Positions 37,801 through 61,578 of a stretch of DNA of 64,000 bases are shown piece by piece. The translations under genes were made by a program, and so were the position numbers. The stretch comes from Utricularia gibba (lineage: Eukaryota > Plantae > Magnoliophyta), in NCBI GenBank assembly GCA_002189035.1, contig CM007992.1, positions 2,728,001 through 2,792,000 on the forward strand. Reading direction: 5' to 3'. Each line of letters opens with the position of its first letter. Position 1 is the stretch's first letter. Below the pieces are notes generated by a model, which saw only the letters and a program-made list of their open reading frames with translations, was not told the DNA's origin and did not search any database.

Positions 37801-39768
37801 AAACTAAAGACATCAAAAAACTAAAAGAAAGCAGTAGAGTTCTGGTTTCCGTCTGCCACTGTTCACAGTCCGGAACAGTAGCACTGAACTGGGTCTTGAT
37901 CTTCTTCCTTCAAGCTGGAGGTTCTTCTCCAGAAAAAAAAAATCGATTTTCTTCCTCCTTCTCCTTCAATATTCTTTGTGTTCATGTTGAGGGAGAAACC
38001 CCCTTGTGTGTGTTCTGAAAATTCTGGGTGTCCTTTCCTTTTTGCGACTTCTCTCCTTCTCCTCTTTCTCTTGCCTCCCATTGTCCAATGCAAGTACATT
38101 CTTTAACAAATCTGCTGCTTCTGGCCCTGACTTGCAGACTGTCGCCATAACAGTGTACTCATTGCCCCCACAGCCTAGTGACTTACACGAAATTCAGATT
38201 TTTCCTTGATTCTTGGGTTGCTGCTAAACTCCAAAATCGGGTTAGATATGAGATGGGTTAAATCAAAGGATTTAGCCCACTAATCACACCAAAAATTATA
38301 AATTACATAAAAACATTTAAAAATATAAAATAAACACTTAAACATAATTAAAAATTTATGATTTTTCATATCCTAAAACATGAAAATTTGTGTGTTATCA
38401 AGGAGCCTCGCATGTTGATGGTCTACTTGTTGGTGCCGCATACTGCTGAAACAACTCTGCATTGAAATTCTCGTATGCTTGGTTCATGTGAACCTATGCA
38501 GGGTCATCATCACTAGGTAGCGGTGAGTGATGTGCCATGAGTGACTGGCTCAATCCAAGCTACTAGCTAAGACCCTCATATGCCTACATTGTTTCTTGAT
38601 CCCCAGCACGAAATCTATCTAGCTGTGCGATCTGAAAACAAACAAGATATTAGAAATAAGTTTGCACGATCTAACTCATATTTGCACAAAGGAGTATTTT
38701 ACCGCATAAGCTATCGGCTCTGTCTCCACCTCGATATCGACTCTCGTCTTCTTCCAAGATACAACAACGCGCACGGCCTATACCAAGTCATGTACGCCGC
38801 CTTAGACACTGTAGGGATGTCATGCATCTGGAGAATGTGAGTGTGCCTAGATGCCCACAAAGCTATACGTGCAACATGCTCCAACGTCCAATCAGTATCG
38901 TAGGAGTCTTTGGTAAACTTATGTTCTGCAGGATATCGATCTGGAGGGAGTGGAATAACACAGCCACATCCAAACTAACGAGAAACTCAATCAGAGCAAT
39001 GGGGCTCCACTTGAGATGCATATATCATCGGACCGGCATACTGCCAAAGCATACGATCACATTCTGGAACACACAGTAAATGTATATCCTCATAAGGAGT
39101 TCACTCAAACTGTCCGAAAAACAATGAAATGTGTGTCATGACAATATACACAGTTCAATGAAAAATAAATTTATATGATAACAACGTACCTCGTCATCCC
39201 CGCAAACCAAATCAAGTGTGTCATGGATTGGCTCTAACTTGTGGGAGACCACATTTGAGTCTTGAGCCAACCTTTGAACCTCCAACAATGAAGGTGTCTA
39301 AAAGCCAGTCATAATGAATTGTGAATCACCAACAATGAAGGTCTCCTTGGGCTCCCATCCAAACTATTCAACACATAGTTCGCATTTTGTGCAAGTGCGA
39401 ACCATCGATATACCGTCAATACGAAGACCCCACAACATAGAAACATCTTGGAGTGTGATCGTGGCCTCTCCACAAGGTAAGAAGAAGGTGTGCATCTCTT
39501 GACGCCATATCTCTACTAAAGCTGTGAGTAAATTGGGGTCTGGTTCTATTCATAATGTCTTAAGAATTCCATAAAAACCCCAATCATCGAGATATTTCAC
39601 AGTCCTCTCCACCCATGATCTGCCTGTCAAGAATTTGTAGGTGTGTTTGAATTGCATCGTTTTACGGTATGATCTATGTAATAGACCATAAGTAATGTGC
39701 TGCTGTTACATATCCAACAGGCTCGGATCCTCATGACCATAAACTCTTAAACGTGAGTATATGTCAAT
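34880..39768 (-). pseudogene. Plant Mobile Domain (PMD, MAIN/MAIL-like) second gene of the MULE, split by the Athila insertion
   Basis: Minus strand 39540-39420 reads LLTALVEIWRQEMHTFFLPCGEATITLQDVSMLWGLRIDG (PMD signature ALVERWRPETHTFHLPxGExTITLQDV). About 39050-38970 reads LWQYAGPMIYASQVEPHCSD*VSR*FG. A Pro/Ser-rich tail is inferred to continue at 35094-34880 beyond the insertion. Confidence 0.85.
35095..38400 (-). mobile_element. Internally deleted Athila-type Gypsy element (5' LTR + PBS + gag + terminal about 70 bp of 3' LTR)
   Basis: LTR 36998-38400 (TGATAA...TTATCA); PBS TGGCGCCGTTGCCGGGGA at 36994-36977; gag (LRAFQFTLVRGAKTWF...ESLHEYWERF, CRNCHKTGHVVDKCP, YNPGWRDHPNFRW). 35095-35165 copies 36998-37068; TSD AGAAG/AGGAG (4/5). 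Confidence 0.9.
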
Positions 39769-40423
39769 CTACAAAAAAAAACATTATATATTTAATAAGA
39801 AATAATATAATAAATTAAATATATTAGTCAATAATAAAACAATAATAAAAACATATTATTCATAAAAAAATCTTACGTCAATGTACAAAAAAAAATTAAA
39901 AACAAATTGATAAATATCATATATGTAATAAAAAAATTATGACAAATTAATAAACAAAATAATTAATTCAAAAAATTAAAATGTCAAAACTTACGAATAT
40001 AAAAAAATATAAAAAAATATAATAATTTTACCCTTGTAATCAAAATGTTTTTTTATCACAATTTTACACTTGTAAGATATGAAGAACGATGAGGGTATTT
40101 ATAAGGAGAATGTAATAATAGTATGAGTAAGCATGCTTGGGGAATGGGAGGGGAGCGTGGGCCATCATTGATGGTGCTACGCACCAAGGCACCATCAATG
40201 ATGGTGTGATTCTGTGTGGACTCAGAGGCACCATCATTGATGGTGTTCTCCAGCATACAGTTTTAAAGTACTATCATTAGTGGCATGTATTTCTAAAGTG
40301 GCATCAATGATAGCGTGATAGACAAAACGCTATTACTAATCGCGTATATTATTATTAATATATTATATTTATTAATCAATATTATTTATATTAATTTTTC
40401 TTGAGTATGATAAGTAGCTTTTA

Positions 40424-43036
40424 GAATATGTTCTAACTTGTTAACTTTACTTCTTAAAAAAAGTAGAAGTAAAAATAAATAAGAATAATGCATGATTCTA
40501 CTAACTACTTCTAACTTTTTAATTAAAATTATGTTCTGAAAAAACTTTTGAAATCTTTTATTTTTCAAAAATAAAAATAATTTTGTTCTAAAACATATTT
40601 CTATAAAAAAAATACTTTTGAAATTGTACTACAAAAATTATTTTGAAAAAAGCAAGTAATAATTTAATTTTACTTCTTATTTCTACCTTTCTAAAATAAT
40701 TTTAAAAAATAAAAATAATTTCTAAAATTTTTTTAGAACATTACATAATTCTACTTCTTGCAAAATTTATTAAATATGAGAAGTAACTTACTTATTATTT
40801 CTAATTCTCATTGTAAATTTATAAGATTATACTTCATTACAAAAATATATTTAATATTTTATCCTATTTCCAATAATTCTCTTCCCTTGACAATGCTTTA
40901 AGGTTTAGGAATCACATACCTAATTGAGATTTCAATCTTGAAAATTGAACAATATGCTTCTTAGTAGTGACATTTGTTAGAGGTTCTTTGAAATTCGGAA
41001 GATAATAGCTATATTTTTGTTACTCCAATTCTATTTCATTTTTTCAATCGTAATCTTAATGAGGTTTTGAATTGGAATCCTTGCTTTTTAATCAGGCTAG
41101 AGAGAAAGTGGTGAATTATGGCTGAGTTTTTTTTTTAAATTGCATTTAAGGTTGCTACTTTTGTTTTCATTCTTCTTATTTTTCTTAATTAGGTTTTACA
41201 TTTATTTTGGAAAAGTACATATCTTGTTAGTCTTAGGATAGAATGTGATTTTAAATTGGAAACTTGTTGTATCAAGTACGTTGTACTACGTTGTAAAAGA
41301 CTGTTTTTTTCATGTATATATCTAATGAATATATAAATAATGTATATGACTTCTTGAAATTTGCTTTCAAAAAAAATTTCTGGGTTGTAATTTTACATTG
41401 TGGGATATTGCAAAAAATAACAAATAGTGTGACTTTTATGACTTCTTCTACGATTAATACTGTTGTAATTGTTTCTACATTAATTTATTTTCTTGTGTTA
41501 CTCCATTAATATGGATATTTCTTTAGCTGATTCTAACATATTTCCTTAATTTTTTCCTTTGTTTTGGTTTTGTAACGTAGTCATGGATAAGGGGGAAAAA
41601 GTGATGGAGATAATGATATTAACCAAAAAGATAGTATAAAATGAGAGCAGATTCCACAACTTTTTTTTTATTTCTCGAGATTTGCATGGCTGAGGTTTAT
41701 GGTGGGAATCAATCTACTACCTCATTCAACAAGATTGGTTGATTGAATATTCTCAACAAATTAATTAGCCAAATGGGAGATGAGTATTCAATGAAACAAA
41801 TCAAGAATAAATGGTGTGATCTTCAAGCATTGTGAACTTTGTGGATTCGACTTATGAATTGGATTGATATAGGTTGGGATATAACAAAAGACATGATACT
41901 TGCTAGTGATGAATGGTGGACAGAAATGCTTGTGGTAATTTATTCTTTAAGTTTGTTCATTCTATTTTCATGACCTAGATTATTGATTCTAATAGTATTT
42001 AATGTCTTCTATGTTGATTATTTGGTTATTGTTGTTTGGTTTTCTTGTTTGTAGGAGAATAACGAAGCTAAAAAGTTTTGAGATGGAGGATAACATTTTT
42101 TATTAGATATATGAACTTGTGGTTAATGACTTTGGTATACCACCTTCAATCTAGAGTATTACTTGTATATTTGATAATAGTCTATGAAAAGAACAACCAA
42201 GGAAACAAAAGAGTGGAAAGGGAAGTAACTTAGACATTATCGCAAATTTGATCTAGTAGATTGTTGAAAATAATGGAGGTCGGTTAATGAAGGATGATCC
42301 ATGACCTATAGAAGAGTGCGTTAAACTTTTGGATAATACCAAAGGGATCATTGGTAGTGATGCTTTATGGTGCAAGGGAATGCACCTCTGTGCCAAGATA
42401 GTGGAATCGTATTTTTTTAGCCACTGACATTGATCATGAACACACAGCATATTTGAAGAGTCACATGAGCACTTCCTAATCCTTAAACTACTTTCGATCT
42501 ATGGATGTTAGATCAAATACTAATTCACCACATAAGATTTGATGTTGTTATAATTTAGGACTAATGTGACATGTTTATTATGGATGAGTTGATAAACTCA
42601 ATCTGTAATGATCTGTGGAATATCTACCATGATCAAGATAACTCATAAAATAAAAAATATTCATTATAATTAATGTATTTTGATTGTGGTTTTCATTCAA
42701 GCAAAGAATTTATTTGTAATTTTTATTCTTCAACTTTAATATATTTATATATTTTATGTTGGACGATTTATTTGAATCAACTATATTCTTATTCTCATTT
42801 AATTTTTGTACTATCAATATTGATCTTATTTCATAAATGGATAAAAATGATAATTTATTTTTAATAGAAGTATAGATTTGAAATTTGACATAAAAGTGAG
42901 AATTAAAAATTAATACAAGAATTGAAACATCTTTTATAACTTTTCACAAAATAACTTCTCATTTCTACTTCTTTTTTTAACTTATACTTCTTATGAAGTA
43001 GAAGTTATGTTTTGAAAAGTAGGTTAAAACATGCCC
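40424..43036 (+). mobile_element. PIF/Harbinger-type element carrying a decayed Myb/SANT-like ORF (copy A)
   Basis: Right end AAAACATGCCC followed by TTA; decayed left end GAATATGTTCTAAC preceded by TTA. 41770-41935 reads MGDEYSMKQIKNKWCDLQAL*TLWIRLMNWIDIGWDITKDMILASDEWW. No DDE transposase seen. Confidence 0.65.
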
Positions 43037-43039
43037 TTA

Positions 43040-45040
43040 GTTACTTTGAACTTTTTATTTCTACTTCTTCATTGTAAATTTACATGTTTATCTCTTAAAA
43101 CAAAAATATATTCATTTATCATGTTCTTTTTATTAATTCTCTTTAAGACATCTGTATTTTGCTTTGTTATTCATCTCACACCCAAGTGCAATATCAGTCT
43201 CCAAATTTGAAGAATGGACTTCTTAAATGTGACATTGTAAAGGATGTTTTTCGGAATTCCAAAAATAAAATCTTTACATAATAAAATTAATATAACATAA
43301 TTTAATAAATTAGTAAGGATTAATTACATAAATCAAAATATTATTAATTTGCATAAATGTTATTGGTTATAGTTTAACCTACACCCATATTCAATTTCCC
43401 CCTTCCAATCCAAAACTAAATACGAGTGTGAGTTACAATTTAATTGACATCCATGTGGTATCGGGAGACCTGTGCATATTTATTAAAGACACACATGTCT
43501 GTGTGTATAAACTATGTGCATGTGTGTATGATAAAGCCATGCAAGCTTGGTTTTTGCATCCGATTCAAATAACACATAAGGACTAATTGATAATACAAAT
43601 TTAAAATAAAAAAAATATGCAAACGATCCAAACAATACACTCAATTTAAATAACACATAATAATCAAACGGCTTTTTTCCAACAATGTTCATCTCACACA
43701 CAAATACAATATTAGTCTTCAGATTCGAAGAATGAGCTTTTTAGGTGTGACATTATGCTAAGTATTTTTTGAAATTTCAAAGGTAAAAAGCTTTATTGCA
43801 TTGTATATTATTCCACTATGTGTGTCTTAGATGAATCAGATGTCAAAATCAAATCTTTGGGTTTTTTTATGTTCTACTACTTCGGATCTATTATCTTGTA
43901 TAAGTTTTTCATTTAATGGATTTTTAGTTTTATTTATTGAGGCTTTCCATTTGCTACTATTACTTTGTAATGTAGTGATGGATAAAGGGAAAAAATATTG
44001 GAGTTAGTGAATTGAACCAAAAGCATAGTGAAAAATGGGAGTAGATTCTTGAATGAGTTTCGTTGTTTCTTGAGGATTTTTCTAGCTAAAGTTTATTGTG
44101 GGAATTGACCTATTACCTCATTCAACAAAAATGAGTTGATTGAATATTCTCCATAAATTAATTAGCCATAAGGGATATAAGTATTTAATGAAGAAAATAA
44201 AAAATAAGTAGGGTGATCTTTGAGCATTGTCGACTTTCTGAATTCAGCTTGTAGATTGAACCAGCATAAGTTGGGGTATGAAGAAAAATACAATATTTTC
44301 TGATGATGAATGGTAGGTAAAAAGGATTGCACCAATTTATTTCTTTCAGTTTGTTCATTCCATTTTTACGACCTATATTCTTAGTTCCAGTAGTATTTGG
44401 CTTTTATGGTAATTATTTGGTTTTAGTTGTTTTTTTTTCTTATTTTTAGGAGAATAAGAATGTTAAAAAGTTTATTGATGAATCACTGCCATATAAAGAA
44501 CTCATGAAAGAGCTCTTTAATGATATCATTGACACTAATCAAAATAGCTACACATGTTTTGGAATTATACCATTGGCAATGGATGATGAAGTTGAATATA
44601 TCTTTGAGATAAAAGATAATACTTTTGATTAGACCTATGAACTTGTAGTTAATGACTTTAAAACACCACCTTTAAGTTAGAGTGTTATTCGTATATCTAA
44701 TAATGGTCTAAGAAAATAACAACCAAACAAATGAAAAAGTAGAAAGGAAAGTGTCAAATATTATCACCAAGTCAATTAAGCAGTTGCTAAACATAATGCA
44801 CGTTCGTTAATGAAGAATAATCTATAACTTATGGAAGAATGTGTCAAGGTTTTAAATAATACATAGGAGATCATTAATGGTAATGCTATATGATGCAAGG
44901 GACTGCATATCTTCACTAAGATAGTTAAACATCGTATATTTTTAGACATCAACATTGATGAAAAACACATAATATATCTAAAGAGTCACATGAACACTTC
45001 ATGATCCTCAAACTACTCTCGATCTATAGATATTAGATCA
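43040..45040 (+). mobile_element. Second, diverged copy (B) of the Harbinger-type Myb/SANT element
   Basis: 43045-43260 aligns with 40795-41000, and 43965-45040 aligns with 41570-42520 (e.g. GAGTCACATGA[AG]CACTTC...AAACTACT[CT]TCGATCTAT). Right terminus not found. Confidence 0.7.
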
Positions 45041-45552
45041 TAGGAGACTACCACAATCTACATGGTGTAACAATCTTTAAATAATCAAGTAATTAGTGTC
45101 TGATCTTTGCTTATCAATATGCTTAATAACTATAGTAATATAACATACAACTGTTTGGAGATGAATACTACCTTCTAAATAAACAATATAAACTATTAAC
45201 GCAATTTTCCTTTGTTATATTTTCATATATTATTCTTATTATTCGATTGAATTTTAGTAAATATTATTCAATTAATGGATTTCAGTTATCGATTGTTTAT
45301 AATCATTCAAACCAACCAGCCGTTTAAATGGTCCAGGTTCGATTAAGGAGTTGAAATCACAAGAACCGATTAGACTGAACAGTTAGTACCCACCCCCGAC
45401 TCCGACGCTTGCCCAGGCTTGGAAATAGAGCAGCTGCAAGCCACAAGGAGCTTCATCTATGCGACATCACAGGGCACGTTTCTACATGGAGGATAAGCAT
45501 TTGCTAAAGAATGTGTCTGGCGACATAGAGGTTAGGATGAGTTCCCCGGTCC

Positions 45553-56324
<10,772 letters not shown>

Positions 56325-56333
56325 ACTTCTTGT

Positions 56334-56627
56334 CTACATAGAAGAAACAAAACACCATGATTCACATTCATTCAAGTGGCAAGACCACAAACAAATCTCG
56401 ATCCTCCACAAAACCCAAAAGTACAAACACAGTTTAAGTTTACCTAGGAAACCCCAGGCAGAGAAGGAAGCGGACAGCTGCTACGTACGTCGCAGAATAC
56501 GAAACTAGAGAAACCGCGCAATTTGGGAACTGGGAAGCAGAAGGCAGCTAACACTGGAAACTAGAAAAGGGCGTCTCGTGCGCTGAATTCAATTCACTGG
56601 TATTAAAGAGCTTTTTTCTTTTATATA
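56334..56627 (-). promoter_or_regulatory. PKL 5'-UTR intron and putative TATA box
   Basis: AG|GTAAAC donor at 56443 and TAG acceptor at 56334, 9 nt before the ATG; TATATAAA at 56627-56620. Confidence 0.6.
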
Positions 56628-57844
56628 GCGTTCTTGTGTGTACTTATAACAAACTCAATATTTTAAACCGGCGGTTCACGGCTCATCGACGCACCCGGTT
56701 TAGCATTTTGAACTACGAAATAAATTATGCATTTGTCGATAAAAAAAATTACTTCAATGAATAACCGGAGAAATAGTTTTTAACTTATTTATTTTGAATT
56801 TTGGATGGAATTTTCAAAATTAAATCTTTATAAAAAAAAACTTATATTTCTAAAAAAATATTTCTAATAATTTTTTTATAAAATATGAAAACTAAAAAAA
56901 TAATATAAAAATATTTCTTACTTTACATTTTATAATAATTACTTTAAAGTATTTTATATCAAAATATGTGGTTTTTTTCTTTCAATAAAACTTGTAAAAC
57001 AGTTTGTTAAAGATAAACTTAATTAAGCAGTCGATACTATTAGTCTCCATTGTTTACTTTAATTGCAAAAATAATTCCCACTATTTGTAATATTCAATCC
57101 CACTATTTCATAGTTTAGGTTTGTTGGATTATGAGATTGGGGCAATAATGCTTCCCTTATGCTTAAACACTAAGTATTTTGCTTCATTTTTTTAATTTCG
57201 ACTTTTTATTTTTTAGGTTGAAAATGAATTACCTAGTGAACAACTTTTTTGTCCCAAAGGGTCTTGCGCGGCTCAAAGATAACTGACTCTTTGTCATTAG
57301 ACCCAACAACTATGACCCTTCCTTACTCTTTTTCTTTCCTTCTTATAGGTGAATCGCAGTGTATTTCACTTGATTGATTTTGCTCATATTTGGTTTGAAA
57401 TCGTGATGAAGGAAAGGCATAATGGTGCCAAGTATTTTAATGCACATTCAGCCTTTTTCAAATAGGTTGGTGATATTGTGTAGTTTTTTTGGAAATTTTT
57501 ACATTTTAGTTTCATCAGAAATGACTCAAAATACATGATTTTGATGATGAAATTATTTAAATTATATAATATCATGTTGTATGCAGATAAAGCACGAAAC
57601 TGTGTGATGAAGTGGGCTCGAGGATAGGAATATTATTTAGATTTAGGTATGAGTAAGGCAAGCCCATTTGGACTAGCATAGATTATTTAATTATTTTATT
57701 TGAGATAATTTTTGGGTAAAAAAAAGAGAAATTTATTACAATTAAAAAATAAGAAATTGACAAAACACTCTGTTCTACTTATAAAGACATCCATCATGGT
57801 CATCACCCTCTTAAACAAAAAGGTGGCTCAAGTTTTAGGGAAGA

Positions 57845-59769
57845 CAGCATCTTTACCTATTTTCAGAAATGCTGATGTGGCATTTCTCAAAACGGGATAA
57901 ATATTTTCAGAAATGAATAAATTTGTTTCTCATTTTTTTAGGAAACAAAAATAAGAAAACCTTGTTTCTTTCCATAAACTATTTGAAATATAGTTTAGAA
58001 TCTTTATTTTAATATTATTTTAAAATTACGACTTTCAAAAATGAATAAAAATATAAATAAAACTTAATAAAATAAACTTAATAACTTAATTTCTGGAAAT
58101 ACCATGTGAGCATTTCCAGAATTTGGTAAATATTCTCTTAGCTACAACCTCTAAAGCATGAATAATGAGTGTACGGTCCTCTGAACAACCTCATTGTTGC
58201 TACCCACTACTTCTTCCCTTTGTAAAAGGAGACCGTTCTTCCAAGGCGGCCTTCTTGAGAGTTGGCACTATTGAAATCCATTTCCTATCAATTACATTAG
58301 TATCATGGCCTACAAAAATAAACAAAAATATCTGTAGTGATAATTCCAAAGAAGAGCTCAGTGGAGGACTGGCCAATCTCACACATAGTGCCAAACGCTA
58401 CGAGGGTTTGAAGACTTAGACTATTTCTACAAGGATTTTCGTAACATTAGATGGCTTAGAGGTGATTTTGAGGAGAGTATAGAAAAAGACAAAGATTGAC
58501 AAGATGGGACTTCTTCTTTTTTGGCATACCTCTGTATCCTTATTTTTGTCAACGACTACATATTCCTCTATTTTAATAAAAGTAGTTGACTCTCAACAAA
58601 CAATATTGGAGTAGAAGAAGTTGTAGTTTTAGGACCTAATAAGGTGGTAAATATAAAAATGCATACCTGATTAGATAATGGGGGAAACTCCTTTCCCCTT
58701 GGGTTTCTTAGATTCTTTTGGATCGATATTTGAAATACAAACTTCTTGGAAAGTTTAAACCTCCTTGGGTGTTTGCATCCTAGTGTACTTACCAACTTTT
58801 TGCTCCTCGCATATTGAGTTATGTCCTCTGAACATCACATTAGATGATATAAAAGAGTAACTTTATATCACATTGATTATAGTTGTATCTTGGATATACA
58901 AGGCGGCAACCTATTGTGAATACTAGGGGCAATCTAATATGATTAATCACATTAGATGATATACAAAAGTGACTTTATATTACAACTATGTTCTAATATG
59001 ATTATAGAATATAGTTAGTATTTGCAAGTGTGACTTGAGTTTGATCCTTTTGAGTGGCTCCCAAGTTGATGCTCTAGACCACCATTTTGAGAATAGAGTG
59101 GATCGCATGGTAGATGACTCTCCTCTGGTTTGGCGATGGCATGGTCCATGTTCGCTAGTGGCCAACTTCAACTAGCATCCTGATGCTTGATGTTGGATTC
59201 ATCACATAGGAACTCAATGGGGGACATGTAGATTCCCATGCCAAATGTTATGAGGCTTTGATATTCTTCAATGTTTTTGATGATAACATTCTCAATTTAG
59301 TGACAAATTTGCAAAAAGCAATAAGAAGACAAATACGTAGTAAATTGAAAAAAAAAGAGAAAAATCCAGAGAGCTACACAAAGAAAAACTTCAATGAGGA
59401 TCTCAAGGAAAAAGAAGGGATTTTATAAAGAAAACTAAAATCCTAATGAGGGGAACTCAGCCACCTTTAGAGGAATGCTTTTCCTCTAAAATCATCTTTA
59501 TCAATATCTAAAAATGCTAATATGATATTTTCGAAAATTGAGTTATTAATTTTTTTTATTAATTTTTTTTACATTTTTATTTATTTCCAAAAATCATAAT
59601 ATTAAAATAAACATTACAAATATATTTTAAATCATTTTCCAAAAGGAAACGGGGCTTTCTCATTTCTGTTTATGAAAGAAATGAGAAACAACTTTACTCC
59701 TTTCCAAAAACATTTACCCCATTTTTGAAAATATCATATCAACATTTTTAAAAATAAGTAAAGATGCTC
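57845..59769. mobile_element. Non-autonomous DNA element with about 260-bp terminal inverted repeats (Harbinger/Tourist-like terminus)
   Basis: 57845-58105 and 59520-59769 are inverted copies (AGCATCTTTAC[CT]TATTTT...TTGTTTCTCATTT...TTTATTTTAATATTAT), roughly three-quarters identical by eye with mostly transitions. Right end AAGATGCTC|TAA; left TSD not intact. Confidence 0.75.
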
Positions 59770-61578
59770 TAAGTTGGTATGTTCATTAAAAAGTTCACTA
59801 GAAAGACTACCTTCTCTTAGACTTCCATGTGGTATGTGCACCTGTATAAAGTTACTTGACAAAGCAAGCGCCTTAGGATGACTAGAATTCATAGAGAACA
59901 TTGGGTATGTATTTGTGTTAGACCTATTTCATTGGCAAAATGTCCGAGTTTGATATCATATTTATCATTTAGCTATATTTATATTTATGCCTTTATAAAA
60001 TATCTGAAGTTCAAAAATAAATTAATTTTTAAACTTCATTTAATATTTTCAGTTATTATTTTTTCTAATTTTAAACTATATTATATGCTATGAACTAAAT
60101 TTTTTTTTTGAAATTTATTTTTAATTATTATAATGAAGTTTAAATATATTTGAAACAATATATATTTTTTCAGAAATATATTTTCAAATATTTATAACAT
60201 AAATTAACAGTATTTCAAAATAATATATGTTTTTACAGTATTATATCTAATATTATAACAAAAATTAGTAATATTTCAAACTTTAATAATCCTATTATTG
60301 TGTTTGAATAAATTAAAAATTTTGAAATATTTTATAAAATTAAATATAAATTTTTTAACATAATACAATATTATTAAATACAAATTTTAATTAATAAAAC
60401 AAAATAAATGAGTGTAAATCATTTTTAAAATAAATGTAACATTTTTCAAAATATATTTTTAATATATATTTAAATGTATTAATTTCATATAAAATAAATT
60501 TTTGTTTTTTGGAAATAATAAAATAAATATTTTTATTATTTATAAAATATAAGTATATAATTTTTAAAATGAGAAGTAATATATGTTGCAAATTAAATAG
60601 TTAATTTATATATTTTTTAAAACAATTGAGGTATTTTTACAATATGCATATATGAGTTAAAGTATATCATAAATATTTTTACAAACTCAATCAGTTTTCC
60701 AATGATATGAGTCTGACATAAATAAATGGCAAATTTAGCTAGGTTTCTCCTTATCTAAGAGAAGAAGTCATCATCTACTGATTTAATAATACAATATCCC
60801 CTTCACTTCTTGTAGGGGAGATGGAAATATCTCACATATCCTTATGGGTGAGTTTTTACACTCATCAAGGCAAATCTTCCCTAATAGTTTTAGGGATGGA
60901 ACAAAATATTATTATATATGTAAATAATTTAAATTTTAAAAATATAAATTAATCAATATATATATAGTTATTTATTTATTTATATAAATCCATTTTTTGT
61001 ATCATTACTATTTCCAATCTACCAAACATAAAAATTATTTAAATCTAATTAAACATAAACCTATCAAATATCTCAAATAATTCTAACCCAGTTTATTCCT
61101 AGACTAATTACCAAACTGGCCCTTAAAGATTATTCATAACAAAAACAAATCAATGAAGAATTATAATACCAATCTTATTTAAAAATCAATTATGTCAAAT
61201 GTTAAAATAATAAAAATTACGTAAGCATAGTTAAAAAATAAAGATCAATTATATTCGATATTCAAAAAATAGAGATAAAAAATGTATAAAATTTAAAACT
61301 TTGGTACGTCCAATACGTCAAAATTTTGAAGATTTGCAATTCGTATTAAATTATAGGAATTTATCTTATTACGTTAAGCAGTATGGATTTTTGGCACAAC
61401 TAGCTCACACTCAAATCTCCTTCCAACAAGTAGCAGAAGGCCACGGAAAGCGAATGCAGTGGACAGCTTCCAGCACAGCTGTGGCTACTGCTCTTTGGGT
61501 TATTTGGCTTCAGAGAAGCGTGGAGGAGGAAAGGGGCCGGCCTTCTTATCATTGGAAAGAAGGACAGCGTGAGTGTGT

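Larger units (their letters stand above)
32067..40400. mobile_element. Mutator-like element (MULE), 8334 bp (about 5.0 kb without the nested Athila)
   Basis: Termini GAAAAAGCAATATAAATAATATT and (reverse complement) GAAAAATTAATATAAATAATATT; inverted similarity extends about 140 bp; perfect 11-bp TSD TTGAGTATGAT at 32056-32066 and 40401-40411. Confidence 0.9.

Noticed and set aside
59878-60660. ORFs and apparent periodicity in very AT-rich DNA (also 1-700, 42673-42864, 57384-57900)
   Set aside because: Low-complexity composition explains them; no consistent repeat unit or domain.
61100-61125. Tourist-like end CCAAACTGGCCC|TTA
   Set aside because: No partner TIR located, so no element could be delimited.
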